Below, piece after piece: positions 25,564 to 38,880 of a stretch of DNA of 64,000 bases. Within the stretch, counting starts at the first letter, position 1. Every line of letters starts with the position of its first letter. The stretch comes from Haliotis rubra. Its lineage: Eukaryota. The stretch is taken from contig NW_025766969.1 in NCBI RefSeq assembly GCF_003918875.1, positions 2,790,001 to 2,854,000 of the forward strand. The letters run 5' to 3'. The notes beneath the pieces were generated by a model that saw only the letters and a list, made by a program, of their open reading frames with translations, did not search any database and had not been told where the DNA came from. The translations under genes were made by a program, and so were the position numbers.

Positions 25564-26820
25564 TTAAGCTCGACACTTCATTTTTCTCCAAAGGCAGTAC
25601 AGTTCCCGTCGGAAATGTTCATTACAGAAGCTGTAGACAATGGGATTGGAAGCACTGTTAATGAAGTACGACCTCAGGAACAGATTGTAAGCCGTCATCG
25701 CAGCTCCACGGAGGTCGTCAAACACGTGTTTGTTGGCGGCCCTAGTCGCCATCAGCCCTAGATGGGGGAGAAAACTCAACACAAACACCAGTGTGATGAG
25801 GAACAGCATGAACGTTGTCTTCTGCCCTTTCTGACGTGGTGACGATGTGTTGGTGCTGGAAGACTTTAGTCCTTTTGACTTTGTCCCAGCAGACAGTGTA
25901 GTTGACTTGGGAGTCATAGCACTTGAACATCCACGTTCCTTCAATTTAGGATTGATTGTAAGTTCCATTGCCGTTCCACTGTGTCGAGGACAGCCGGTAT
26001 CCTTTATTGCCTTGTTCGCATCCCCTTCGGTTGATGAACTCAGAAAATCATCAGAGGTGTTATTCGTCTCGGATGATTGATTTCCCTGCGTTACCACTAT
26101 TTTCAGTGTTCTTCCACGGTTTTGCTGAGCCCTAACGCTTCTCCTGAAGGTCTGTTGTCGAACCACCTGCCGCCATATCAAACTGTAGAGCACAACGAGA
26201 GTCAGCGTTGAGGAAATGAAGACGATGAACTGGACTCCGTTGTAGATTAGAGGATACGGAGTCTTGATGTATTCATCAGCCGTAGAGCAGTCTGAGCCAT
26301 TCACGAGAACATCGTCTGTCGTCACAGTTCTCGAACCATAGAGAATGGCAGCCGGCAAAGACAAAATAAATGATACAAGTGAACAGATCATTATTGCGAC
26401 TTTAGCTACAAACGGAGTTGTCTGTCTTTTAAAGGGTCGACATATTTTCTTGTATCTGTCCACCGCTACTGCTACGAGCACGGCCCCTGACGACATGGAT
26501 GAGAACGTTACGAACACTCGCATTATTTTACAAAACCCGTACTGCCCGAACGTGTAGTTGAATCGCATGTCCGTTATCTCTACTGGAATACTGATGACAC
26601 AACTAATTAGGTCGAATACTGCCAGGGCCAAAATATAACAACGGGTTGTGCTGTGTTTAAATTTGAACGCATACACGTAGAAGACTAGTGTGTTGCCAAG
26701 CAACCCAGTCAACATCAAAACGACAAGGAACAAGATGGCGACCAGGACTTGCAGTGCGAACTCGTTGTCATAGCGACGAAGATAGACGTCGTGGTCTTCA
26801 TGGAAACTTAAGTTGTCCAT
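25564..26820 (-). CDS. GPCR3: orphan class A 7TM receptor, ~418 aa
   Basis: GN, LAVFD, VDRY, NGSDC, FVLSFLPH, NSASNPIVY; long Ser/Thr-rich ICL3. Start MDNLS follows acceptor TTTCTATTTTTCAG (AG at 26836-26837); the ORF track extends it to 26880. Confidence 0.94.
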   Translation of the reverse strand: MDNLSFHEDHDVYLRRYDNEFALQVLVAILFLVVLMLTGLLGNTLVFYVYAFKFKHSTTRCYILALAVFDLISCVISIPVEITDMRFNYTFGQYGFCKIMRVFVTFSSMSSGAVLVAVAVDRYKKICRPFKRQTTPFVAKVAIMICSLVSFILSLPAAILYGSRTVTTDDVLVNGSDCSTADEYIKTPYPLIYNGVQFIVFISSTLTLVVLYSLIWRQVVRQQTFRRSVRAQQNRGRTLKIVVTQGNQSSETNNTSDDFLSSSTEGDANKAIKDTGCPRHSGTAMELTINPKLKERGCSSAMTPKSTTLSAGTKSKGLKSSSTNTSSPRQKGQKTTFMLFLITLVFVLSFLPHLGLMATRAANKHVFDDLRGAAMTAYNLFLRSYFINSASNPIVYSFCNEHFRRELYCLWRKMKCRA

Positions 26821-29509
26821 CGCTTCGAGAGAAAACTGAAAAATAGAAATATGAAATGAATTTATTTTGTTTAAACTCAATGTCAGATCTCAAGTTACCA
26901 TGCACAGGGAAAACAACTTATCACAAATGTGTCTTTATGCATTATTTTTCGTTGCTTGAGGCAATGGTCAATGTAAAATACCAAAACTACAGAAGCTTGA
27001 TGTGTGACCCCACTATGTATGCCCCGCGTATATACGTGTAACTAGGTCTCACGTAGTTCGATCACTCTCAGCGTCATGCCAAAACACGTTAAAAGATTGT
27101 TCTTGATGTTACCCTGCCTGGCAATCGCAATCCGGATATAAAACAAGGGCAATGGTTAAAGGCATCTGAGTACCAGATACGCTGACTGACACCATGAATG
27201 AGACACATTCATGTCCATGACTAACAGAGGAATCAAATATAATTCAAAATGTTCAGAAAATATATTTCCATTGCTTTTCTTTTTTCATTTTTTCCCCTTT
27301 TATCCTGTCTAATTTATTGAAAAACTGTACTTGTAACTGTTTAAAAACAGAAACTATAAAGAAAATAATGAATTTTACTGACGCCATGTTACATGGTAGT
27401 TACAAATCAAATTCCTATAATTTTAAATGTTACTAGACACAAAGCCTAATGCTGCTACGTCGGAAGCATAAATTATTTTTTATTGTAATTTCTCTTTGCC
27501 TCGATTATTATCTACTCATCTCAGTTTTGTATCGAAATTACGATTATTTCCTTGTTACATCAAGTTTCTTTTCAAAACTCGAAATTTCAAGGTCTTGGAA
27601 GAAAATAACCGAAATTTCAAGAAAATAACTGAAATAACGAGAAAATAGTCAAAGCAACGACAACATTATTTTTGTATGAAGTGGGAGCATTAGACTTGCC
27701 TAACTAGGAACGAAATGCTTGTACTTACACTGAGATTTGCACATGGACGACTGCAACAACCAAACACGTTCGTTGAGCGGACACAAAGTAAATGCTTTGT
27801 GACAACACATCTACGCATCTGATTTAACCCATGACGCTCTGTAACTAGTGTCGAGCATCCAGCGATGATACAAAGCATCATCAGCATGAACAGGGGAAGG
27901 GGGAAGTGTCGACTGACTAGACCGGATAAGGTCACTTTAAACAATTGTGTAAATGTAATGCAGTCATGTTGTGACAGCATAGGTTACAGCGGTGTCATAC
28001 TGCAGGAGTTGAAATATCAGGAAACCAATTACTCGCTTTAGGAAGACCGTAAGTGGGCATTTGATTCAGCACTTATAAAATGAGTATTGCTTCCTTTTAA
28101 TGCATTGTTGAAACGTGCAAGGTTCAAGATGAAACATGGTGAGTGTTGGTTCTTTGTGTGTGGCTTTAGCTAACACCCGGTGTTTTCCCCGAATTTCCGT
28201 GGTCCATTCATGTTATTTTCACAGCAGCCCTGCACTTTGTACCAAATAGAATCTCTCTCTGAGGGAGGTCAAGAGGGTAGTATTTTGCAGTGGCGTTTTA
28301 TCTTTCCTTGTTGAGTCACTGAATGAATGTACCAACTATACCACAGCGGCTTTTAAAGGCAAAACACACCAGTGAATGATTGCATGAGAAATGATTCACG
28401 CGTTGATGAAACGTGGCACACAATCAGATCATCACACTCTGCAACTCCATAAAAGCGTCAGCCAGTAAGAAAAAGCACTGGGAACAACAGGAACCCTGCC
28501 ATAGTGCCCTTTATGTTATAATACACGCATTTATAATGCTCAGCAATTCACAATCATGATGTGCTCTGTGTGCTATATACATGTATGGCTTATGTCAGAT
28601 ATACGAATATGAATTTCAAAGATATGAATAAATAGATTTTTTAGTTTGAAGATATTATGCAAATTATCTGAGACTATGAGAATCCCTGTGGCATTAATAC
28701 CACTTTTCTCAAATACTGTCTGTGGAAAGAAAGAAGGCACGTCCTTCGATGTATTAAAACTTACGATTAATGTTATCTTTGTGAGTCGGGGACTTTGCAG
28801 TATATTTGCTGGATCTTTAATGTAATATATGTTATATTTGGCATTACACTTTCTCATCAAGTATCGGTTTTAGAACTTTTGTTAGGTTGAGTCCCAAACT
28901 CTCAGCGTCTGGCATCTAATCGCCAGCACACAATTACAAAGTCAGTCATCTCACCCCACACAGCCGCTGAGCCGAGGCTTCCTCTAAGGGAAGTCGGATA
29001 ACTGGCAATATGGATCACATACTTTAATGTATCTTTATTTGTATGATTTTATGGATCTTGGGAATACAGTACAGAAGAAACATGAAAGTGTCTACCATTC
29101 AACATCTGTGTTCTGTTATATCGTCCTTCCTTCACTTTCGTGCTCGGTGGTTGACGCTCTGTCGAGAAAACCGGACGTGGTTCTTGTTATGTCCTGGGCA
29201 AATATTATCACACACGTTAAAAGGGTGACTTCCGCTTAAATACAACTCGAGCACCACAGACAAACAGACAGACAGATATTTTATTATAGTCTCACATCAT
29301 TACAATGATTTATACATATCTATAGTAAAACCCAAATATTTACACATAAAATACATATCGTAGGTAAAAGTACACATGTATAAAAAAGTAACGAGCCACC
29401 CTATACAGGGTTATGAGAGACTTTCTATAAAAGAGCATATCAATATACAGATAAACATCATATATACACGTCTATAAAACATATAAAAATATAAACATGA
29501 ATTAAGAGT

Positions 29510-29690
29510 ATATCAGTGGTCAGATTCTCTGACATGGTTGACAAATGTCATCGGTTCCCAATTGCGTAGATCGATGATCATGCTGTTGATCACTGAATTG
29601 TCTGGTCCAGACTCGACTATTTACAGACCGCCACCATGTAGCTCGAATACTGCTGAGTGCGGCGTAAATCTAAACTCATTCACTCACTTT
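29510..29690 (+). mobile_element. SINE family B, 5'-truncated
   Basis: GTGGTCAG..TGGTTGACAAATGTCATCGGTTCCCAATTGCGTAGATCGATG..GCTGAGTGCGGCGTAAATCTAAACTCA. Confidence 0.8.
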
Positions 29691-30654
29691 CTGCTGGCCC
29701 AACGCTGCGTTACTGCTTGAATATTGCCAAAAAACATACTCTCACAATATTGTGCGTCAGATTTATGTAAAAGTGATGGACAGTGGTTCATTGTGTGACT
29801 TGAAACCAGAATTTGAGAAAGACCTTAAGGAATTTGATGTTAAAATTTGACATCGCATCGGCAATATTGCAGCTATATCGCGATCATTTTACGAATATAA
29901 ACAGTGATGGTGTTTCCCTAAACTCGCATCCAGGTCTAAGATTAAATGAAAGTTTGATAATGGACATATTACTTAGGTTCCTTTCTGTATATTATGTGCC
30001 AATTCAAGCAAAGAATGAAAATATTTTATATCAAATGTTAGCGCCAACAGCGCTCACAGTATGTAGCTGACACCTTGCCGATAGCGAACTGTCAGAGCTA
30101 GCGACCTACGTGTATTCCGCACGTATGTGCTGATTCTGTACAGGTGCTCACCACATCATACAGTCTGGCAGAAAACTTTTCATGGCGGTGTTTGCTCACG
30201 TTACTCAAAAACTACAAGTGCAATCGTTTTCTAATTTGGTATGATGCATTATAATTGTTCTACCATTGTGAATTTTGAATTTCATTAATTATGATTTAAT
30301 AATAGAAAAGTTGTTTAACAAACTATCATTAAAATATTGACACAGTTCACTATTTGTTACGAGGGAGGAGTGCAGAGAGAGGACCAGCCAGGTGTGCTAT
30401 TCATTCATTTACCGGTGCTGAGCCTTTCTCGCACACCTGCTGTTTGGAAAGTTACTTTTACCCACATTGATCCTACCAACTGTAGGTTAATTCAAAGGCA
30501 CAAAACGACGACTCGAACTTGTTTCAGCAAGAGTTGCGTCCCTTGGTATTTCAGTCGTCTCATAATATGGTATCAACCAGTGTACACATGTTTATATTGA
30601 AAACACAAATTGAATACAGCATGTTAAGTTCTGTTTCAAATTGAGGGTATTGAT

Positions 30655-30860
30655 TATTATATTATTATTATTATAGGATATTTATATAGCGCACATATCC
30701 AGGCAAACTAGTGCATGCTCAAGGCGCTGGTATTGTATCCCTCGATCATTGGATGTCAATCTCAATGGCACATCGTATTATCAATCTCAACTCCCTGGGG
30801 AGTATACAACTATTGCAGCCACTAGGCGCAACGAGTTATTGTGGCTTTCTCATCCTAACG
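30655..30860 (-). mobile_element. SINE family D 3' part with (TAA)n tail
   Basis: (ATT)n then GGATATTTATATAGCGCACATATCC..GGATGTCAATCTCAA..CTCCCTGGGGAG; homologous to 38690-38880. Confidence 0.7.
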
Positions 30861-31185
30861 ATTTCCTTTTCAACGCGACATGTAGATTTTAATAAATTTA
30901 TAATAATTCACCACAACGTGCGAGCGATGTCCTCTCGCCTGACTTAACCTCACACAAAAAAAATAATTTTCATTCTGCTAAACATTTAACACAAACTTTC
31001 AAATCGGTACATTTCAGTGAGTTATTATGATCGTACTATAACTGATATAACTGGGCTATAACATCTTATGATAAGAGGGTCAGAAAGGTATAACATAAAT
31101 TAACATATAAACAGAATCATAATGTTTATTGAATAAACAAACTGGCACTTAACGTTATTATTCAGTCCACTATTCTAATCATGGT

Positions 31186-31516
31186 TAGCTCGCTCGCTAT
31201 GTATATAGATCATAGAGAATATATCGATTAATTATCGATAAACATCGGAGACGTAACTTTGAGCAAAAATGCAATAAATATGTGTGAAAGAAAGAAATGA
31301 ATAATTCTTTTATGGATTATTAACAAATCAAAATCCTGGACATAATTTAGAAGCAGACCATGAATAAAGTCCTAAATTTGTATATTGTGTGAGAGAATTA
31401 AAACTTTTTTTCCGTCACAAAATGTAATGTACGATGTTATCGATTATACAATTTTCATATCAATAATCTGTAATATCAACGATATTTCCGATTATCGATC
31501 ATTTTAGTCGGCCCTA
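31186..31516. mobile_element. possible hAT-type MITE (TAG...CTA ends, 8-bp TSD)
   Basis: ATCATGGT at 31178-31185 and 31517-31524; ATCGAT-rich subterminal motifs. The left TIR is poorly conserved. Confidence 0.45.
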
Positions 31517-31645
31517 ATCATGGTTATATGGTGTTCTTACCAAAATCTCCTAATTGAATACCGTTGTCACAGGAGGCATAAATCAACTTGGTGTTCGGAC
31601 ATCGGTCAATAAAATAGTTCATGTTCCCTGTCTTCACGGACGTAT

Positions 31646-31811
31646 GGGGCGGTGGGGAAGCCCAGTGGTTAAAGCGTTGGCTCGTCACGCCGAAGACCCG
31701 GGTTCGAATTCCCGCATGGGTACATTGTGTGAAGCCCATTTCTGGTGTCCCCCGCCGTGATGATGCTGGAATATTGCTAAAAGCGGCGTAAAACCAAATT
31801 CAGTCAGTCAG
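31646..31811 (+). mobile_element. tRNA-derived SINE family A, full length with TSD
   Basis: A/B-box head. TSD TTCA(C/T)GGACGTAT at 31633-31645 and 31812-31824. Confidence 0.9.
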
Positions 31812-32869
31812 TTCATGGACGTATAATATCAATGACACTTTCTGAACATATTATTGTAAGTATACTGTTATCATTAACATTTTACTACCATCATATACCT
31901 AGAATATTGCAGAGTGCGACGTAAAACTAAACTCTAAAATAAACATCTTCCTAATTGTGTAAAAAGTGTAGAAATAGAAAATAATTTAGGTGTTATATTG
32001 TCAAGATCTTCTTGTTCAGAAGTTAACATTTAGATAAGAAGAGTATACATTCTAATGAAGTTCTGTATATTATTATGAAATCTGACGTTAAATTTAACCC
32101 CATACCACATTAGGCATTCTTCAGTCTGTTCCCAGTATTATCATATAGACCTAAGAAATAGGCAATGTATAGTGCGTAAATCCGATTAGAAAGCGCCTGA
32201 CATATTGATAAATAACAATGAAAGATGTGTATTTCATGTAACCACAGGATATTTTTTACAAAATTATACAATGTCTGTTAGCCATTTTAACGTATTTCCT
32301 ACAAGATATATATTCAATCGTCTTCAGTTGAAACTGTAATCAAGCAATAATTATAATCATTATACTAGTACATGTATCATAATATCATAGTATTGTTGGG
32401 GCAATCTCTCTTATAACGGCATGTTTCCTTAATACAGATGATGGCTTTGTAACCTCGGTTTCTGGCCTGTATGTGATAAATATACACTACTGAAATAGTC
32501 GTGTTGCTAAGAAACAGTCATGAATGCACGGGGAAAAGGACTTCCTTGTTGCCAGGAAATTCACCCATTCTTTCAAAATAAGGTCAACATGAGCGCCCGA
32601 GTCAACAATAGTTCTGTGCTACTAACTGACTTGAACGCAACAGGTGAACGATGATGTGATCTAGGGTAACGTTCGCACGCCCCGGTTTGGTAATGTTTCA
32701 AGTGAGTCGACTGATCGTGTTCACAGGTTTCATCAGAGTAGTGAACGTCTGATACCCACCTCATCCCACACCAAACCGCCATTCTGTGAACTGTAATACA
32801 GTACAGTGAGGCGTTAAGCCCAAGCTACTCATTTAGGCCGCACTCATGATTACATCTCGTTTTGCCCAC

Positions 32870-33082
32870 TGTATATTTCCTCAGCAATATTTAACCTGTT
32901 TGACGTCGATCTGTACATAACCGAATCTGAACCAGACTATAGAGGATTTGATATCATGGGCATCGATCTATAGGGACAGGGTTATGTGCATCACAGTCAG
33001 CCTAGCCGCCTGATCCCGGAAGTCGCCTCCTACGACAAACATGTGTTCTTGGAGATCAGTTCTAACCCGGGTCTCGGCGAGT
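32870..33082 (-). mobile_element. SINE family B, degenerate
   Basis: CTCAGCAATATT...AGTCGCCTCCTACGACAAACATG...TTCTAACCCGG. Confidence 0.7.
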
Positions 33083-33996
33083 CCTTAACTGAAATACTAT
33101 AGACAAATGGCAGAAGTAATGTAATGCCTTTTAGATAATTTTATCAGCATAAACATTTTTTATATGTGATACATTAGCATACATGAATGAACATTGGTTT
33201 AGAACAATGTCATCATGATTCGTAAATGCACAGACCATTATAACCCAAATAGGTCTTTAAGCCCGCAAGGATAATTATATAATCGTATGTCAACAGATGC
33301 AAACACAAATGAAGCACCACATTCAAGACCTTGCACTTCCAAATCACTGACAAGTGATTGCTAGCACGATGACATTGCACAATAAATCGGCTGTCCTTCT
33401 GGTAACAATGTGGTCACGGTAATAAAAGTAATAAAGGTAATACGAGTAAAGTGAAAATCCAAAACTTATCATTCATGAGGTAGAGTCTTAAAACGTAAGT
33501 TCTCTTAAGCGCTCGGCTCCAAAGAAGCTTTCAGTGAAGGCAACTAGATATCTATTAGCTTTATCTTACACAAAACCGAATAGTTTCCTGATGTCTACAG
33601 TAACATTTTAGCCCTTACACACTAATTCAGCCCTCAAGAGCCATTACCTGTACATGTCTGCCTTAAAGTCTGACCTCAAAGCAGCAATAAAGACAAAATA
33701 TGACTACCTCGACCAGATCCTTTTCCGACTACAGTCCCCACAAAGAATCACCCGCATGAAGATACCTGTGGTCACAATTAGCGTCAGACATCGCTTTAAA
33801 ACTAACAGCTTTAAATATTTTAAAATAAGGTCTGTTTTAATTACTTGATGGGTGTATAATGAAAAACACCCCACAAACATCTTACACAAAACCACCCAAA
33901 CACATCTGTCAGATGATTATATCGGCACTGAAGGCTAGGAAAACCTGCTTGTTAGATTACGGATTCTTTTTGGCGTGATATAACTTGTAGATTGCT

Positions 33997-35346
33997 TCAG
34001 GTGTTTCGTGACATGCTTCTACAAAGCTGAGTCAGTTCCTGTCGAAATCGAACACTACAAAAACTGTAGAGGATTGGGTTGGAGACAGAGTTAATGAAGT
34101 ACGACCTCAGGAACACATTGAACACGATGAATCCCACTCCGTGAAGATCTTCAAAAACGTTCTTGTTCACCGCTCTAGTTACCATCAGACCCAAATGGGG
34201 AAGAAAGCTCAGCACAAATACTAGGGTGATGAGAAACATCATGGTCGTTGTCTTCTGAGATGTTTTGTCACCATGTGACGGTGTGAAGGTACCGGGTGAC
34301 TTTGTTCTCCCGAACTTGAGGAGGATTCTATTGGACTGTGATCCGAGAGCTGGTGTGCCTTCATGCAGGCATGTGTTGTCGTCCTCACATGATTCAACTG
34401 TTGTCATATCGGAAGATGACATGTCTGATTCACCTTTCGGTAACGAGCCATGAGCACCCTTCAAACCTTCTGCGAGTGATGTTGGTATGGGTTTGTATTC
34501 GATCTTCCTTTCAATGTTTTGGTCATTTTCAACAATGTCTGAATCATTTTTCTTGCAAGGTGATATGTTACATTCGCTTTTTGGGGACAGGTTTGATGTC
34601 CAAGGGATCATATTTGATGTTGTTCCAGGTTCGTCTTGAATGTTTAGGTTACATTGTTTGGTTGCTTTCATGCGCTTGTCTTGCCTGACAACTCGTCGCC
34701 ATATGAGACCGTAGAGCACAGAGAGACTGAGTGTTGAGGAGAAGAAGATGAAGAACTGGACTCCATTGTAGATGAGAGGGTAGGGCGTCCCGGTGTAGTC
34801 GTCAGATATAGTACAAACGGAACCATTGATGTGAACGTCATCTGTCATCTCAGTTCTTGAACCATAGAAAGCTACAGTTGGCAATGACATTATGAAGGTT
34901 GTAATCGAGCAGACAGCAATTATCACTTTGGCCATGGATGGTGTCGTCTGCTTGTGAAATAAGCGGCATATCATTCTATACCTGTCAACTGCTACAGCTA
35001 ACAGTATGGTTGCTGAAGCAAATGCTGAGAATGTTTCAAGAAACCGCAATATCATACACAGTTTAGACAGTCCAAATGTGTAGTTATACCTTACGTCTGC
35101 TATCTCGGTAGGGATGCATAATACACATATTACAAGGTCAAACGTTGCAAGTGCCAGGATGTAACATCGGAGTGCGCTTTGCTTAAATTTCAAAAGATAC
35201 ACGTAGCAGACTAAAGAGTTTCCTGTGAAGCCAACCAACATCAGAATGGAAAGAAACAGGACGACAGGCCATGCCTTCAGGGTGTACTCGTTGTCAAGGT
35301 GACGAAGATAAAGGTCAGGGTCGTGTTGAACGTGACTTGAGTTCAT
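33997..35346 (-). CDS. GPCR4: orphan class A 7TM receptor, ~449 aa
   Basis: GN, LATFD, VDRY, NGSVC, FVLSFLPH, NSVSNPILY. Start MNSS follows acceptor TTCTCTCTTTCAG (AG at 35374-35375); the ORF track extends it to 35394. Confidence 0.94.
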   Translation of the reverse strand: MNSSHVQHDPDLYLRHLDNEYTLKAWPVVLFLSILMLVGFTGNSLVCYVYLLKFKQSALRCYILALATFDLVICVLCIPTEIADVRYNYTFGLSKLCMILRFLETFSAFASATILLAVAVDRYRMICRLFHKQTTPSMAKVIIAVCSITTFIMSLPTVAFYGSRTEMTDDVHINGSVCTISDDYTGTPYPLIYNGVQFFIFFSSTLSLSVLYGLIWRRVVRQDKRMKATKQCNLNIQDEPGTTSNMIPWTSNLSPKSECNISPCKKNDSDIVENDQNIERKIEYKPIPTSLAEGLKGAHGSLPKGESDMSSSDMTTVESCEDDNTCLHEGTPALGSQSNRILLKFGRTKSPGTFTPSHGDKTSQKTTTMMFLITLVFVLSFLPHLGLMVTRAVNKNVFEDLHGVGFIVFNVFLRSYFINSVSNPILYSFCSVRFRQELTQLCRSMSRNT

Positions 35347-35523
35347 GTTGGCATGTGTCGCTGAACGTGAATGCTGAAAGAGAGAATTAAACATGCGATA
35401 TAATTATCACAGTACATTATACGATTTAAATTAATATGCAAAATAGACCACACAAGTTAGCGAGAGCTGTTAATTCAGTTCATGTAAATGCCTTGAATAA
35501 ATATCTAACCTAGACATAGCAAA

Positions 35524-35697
35524 GGGGGCGGTGGGGTAGCCTCGTGGTTAAAGCTTTCACTCGTCACGCCGAAGACCCGGGTTCGATTATTCACATGGTA
35601 CAATATGCGAAGCCCATTTCTTGTGTACCCCGCCGTGATATTGCTGGAATATTGTTAAAAGCGGCATAAAACTAAACTCACTCACTCACTCACTTAT
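35524..35697 (+). mobile_element. tRNA-derived SINE family A
   Basis: GGGGCGGTGGGGTAGCCTCGTGG..GGTTCGATT..GCTGGAATATTG..(CACT)n. Confidence 0.9.
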
Positions 35698-36411
35698 TCA
35701 CAGGGGTAGTCTGTGGTGCTCAAACGCTCTGTGATGAGTCGCAGGGTACACCAGAAGACTGTAGGTCGTAATATATGTTTACACCGATTCTAATTTTGGT
35801 TTTCAGCACCAAAGTAGTAAATGTTTAATACCTGCATGACATCGGACTTTCCTCCCACTTTAAGAAAACCCCAGACATTCTCTGACACTTCATGTAAATA
35901 TTGTTGTTTCCTAATGTATTATCAAATCTGTATTTGAATTCAATATTAAAGTAAAAGATTTAATCGTACTATATTGTTTGAAAGAATGCATGAATTGTAC
36001 CAATATAGTACAACTGATTTAGAAACTTGTCATTGTTTAACTCGCTCACTGTCTTACAACAGAAAACTCGCCATGTATGTATTTGTCAAATAAACATGAT
36101 ACAAATAGTTAGGATTATAAAAATGCAACTTATGGTCAAAGCCTTGAAGGATGTGGCCATTAGAAATGCTGTTTTCCTGTCAATAAATTTTGCAACACCT
36201 ACCGTACTCGTTGCCGCTTGCAGGAACAAGAATATAATAATCCAGATCTAATATAATATGCGGAAGGCCATATGCATGGCTGAAGCATCCATTACTGTAG
36301 CAGGATCAAGACATCAAATACCCGGATGCAGCTTTATCCTTCCCGCGTAGCTGAGAATGCAATGTTGTGGAGTCTTGGTTGTTTTGGGGGCGGACTGACT
36401 TATATGATCTG

Positions 36412-36636
36412 GGGCTCCTTTCTCGAAGCACTAAGGTGATCGTAAGTCGCTAAGGTAACCTTAGTGCATGTTAAAGAATGGCAGTTAAGGTTAAATTTAG
36501 TAAAGGCTGCTTCGTGAAAGGACCCCCTGGGCCCCGTTCCTCAAATCGATCGTATGGCTACGACGGTCGTAAATCTGTGTTAAAGTATAGGAGTTGCGAC
36601 CACCTTAGCGCTACGATCGCTTTGAGGAACGGGGCC
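36412..36636. mobile_element. two abutting Harbinger-type MITEs sharing CTG TSDs (36412-36526 and 36530-36636)
   Basis: CTG[GGGCTCCTTTCTCGAAGC..GCTTCGTGAAAGGACCCC]CTG[GGCCCCGTTCCTCAAATCGATCGTA..TACGATCGCTTTGAGGAACGGGGCC]CTG. Confidence 0.82.
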
Positions 36637-36738
36637 CTGGTATGCAGGCTTTGTAATTAGTTGAGATGTCGGGGTGGCCCCATTGTCTAAGGTGTCGTCG
36701 TTAATTGTGCACAGTTGCGTCCCTTCGGAACGCCAGGA

Positions 36739-36845
36739 CTGACTGACTGACTGAGTTTGGTTTTACGCCGGGGGACACCAGAAATGGGCTTCACACATTG
36801 TACCCATGTGGGGATTCGAACCCGGGTCTTCGGCGTGACGAGCCA
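36739..36845 (-). mobile_element. SINE family A, truncated and internally deleted, 13-bp TSD
   Basis: TSD CGGAACGCCAGGA at 36726-36738 and 36846-36858. Confidence 0.88.
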
Positions 36846-37691
36846 CGGAACGCCAGGAAACTAGGGTTGTGGGATCGAATCCCTTTTCGCTCCGATTATG
36901 TTTCTAGGTTTGTCAGGCCCGAGCTCCAAGGTTTACCCAAGGTGTTAAACGCCGAAGTTACTTGGGGACTTTGCTCCCATAGTTAGTTGAAGTATGCCGT
37001 GGCATAACTGGAATACAGATCAGAGCAACATTCTACCCAACTCAGTCGTTCACTACGAGCACTTACGTCAAACAGCGCTATTTTATGTATTATATATAAA
37101 CATCGTAGACGTTTAGTTCAAAGAAAATATCTTTAAAACGACTAGAATAAAAAAAATCCCAGAAACTCTCTTTTGCAGTGGCCAAATTTGATATTACGCA
37201 GTTTCAATACTTGTCATTTGTAAAGAACAATTAAACATCTGTGGCGTCATTTTATTCTCTTTTTCAGGAATTTCCACTTGTTCCCTATCCTGAACAAGCA
37301 TTCCAATTCATTTACAATTTCTGACAAGTGAACAATTTCAGGAAACGTGTTTTTGCAGATCTCATTGTTGTGTACAGCCCGGAACAACCATCTGTTGTTT
37401 GCCTTGCTGATTGACTGATAATGCCGAGATATCAGGCGGGAAGTGAGCGTAACTGTCGGATGTTGTCTTATATTTAGCTGCAACTAAGACAGCAGTGTGT
37501 TTGTAATGGATGCCTGTTATGAGACCAGACATTGTAAGTGAATTTCAGAATTACATAAATAACTTTGCGTGCATTTGATCGCAGTATTTCGTACTGGTTA
37601 TACTTGTGTGTGTTTAAGATAAAAGGAAAAAACACAAAAAAGTCTTCTTTTTTTTTTAAAATGTCTTACTTCTTACTTATGGAATATCAGA

Positions 37692-37929
37692 TTTGGTTTG
37701 GTTTGTTGTTTTACGCCGCGCTCAGGAATATCCCAGCTATATAGCTGTAAACAATCGTGTCTGGGCAAGACAATCCAGTGATCAACATCATGAACATTAA
37801 TCTACGCAATTGGGATACAATGACATGTGTCAACAGAGTCAGGCAGCTTGACCACCCGATCCCGTTAGTCACATCTTACGATAAGCATGGGTTACTGAAG
37901 ACCAATTCTAACCCGGATATTCACTGGTA
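37692..37929 (-). mobile_element. SINE family B, full length, 14-bp TSD
   Basis: TSD TATGGAATATCAGA at 37678-37691 and 37930-37943; (CAAA)n-type tail. Confidence 0.9.
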
Positions 37930-38559
37930 TATGGAATATCAGAAGGGACGTTGTCTCACTTACAAAAGCAATGAATAAATGACAAACTTAAAGGTAATAT
38001 TTTAATTAAACAAGAGAATAACATCTTCTGAGAATGAAAATATCTGTAATGTTGACATAATGTTTTTCTGGTTGATAGTGTTGTCCTCTTGGAGAGAGTC
38101 CCTGATGTTTAGCTATGTTGTATAAACTTTCTGTATTTGTTTAATTACATCACATCAACTAAAACAGATTGATCAATATATACCTCCCATTCAAAGGAAG
38201 GGATTATATGACGTTACATGTATATAGTTATTCTAATTTTGTGTTTCGTCCTGACCCAAATATTACAGGGACATTTACATAAGTATGTGTAAAATAGCAC
38301 GCAGTGATACCACAGAAATTGACTGCATTCTGTTTTAAATACTAAGAGAAACTGAAAAGATGGCACAATTATCCACAGAGCTGCAATGTCAGGAGGCGAC
38401 AAGTTCATGGAGAGGGCAACATCCTCAGATTCTAGAAACTGTCTTCAAATATCTGTAATTGATCCATCAAAGGTTGAAGTTGATGAACACCAGTTAAACT
38501 CCAGTATACAAGAGTATCCACTGTAGGAGGAACACGTTATATGTATTGTACAGTATACA

Positions 38560-38880
38560 ACCCTGTGCACTTAAAAGAACCCACGAATCCGTTGGTATAT
38601 GATGGCAGTAACGTGCAGTAAGACTTGGACAAAGTACTGTGACTATGTGTCCTAGTCCACCCAGCTGTGAATGGCCATGGGTACCTCGTAAGGATGGGAA
38701 AGCCGCAATAACTCGGTGCGCCTTGTGGCAGCAAGAGTTGTATGGTCCCAAGGGAGCTGAGATTGATAATAGGATGTGCTGTTGAGATTGACATCCAATG
38801 ATTGAGGACAAAATACCAGCTCCTTAAACATGCACTAGTGCGTGGATATGTGCGCTATATAAATATCCAATAATAATATT
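38560..38880 (+). mobile_element. SINE family D (CORE/Deu-like GTCCACCCAGCTGTGAATGG body, L2-type GCGCTATATAAAT tail)
   Basis: Homologous to 5600-5760 and 30655-30860. A similar body motif occurs at ~7950-8020. Confidence 0.6.
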
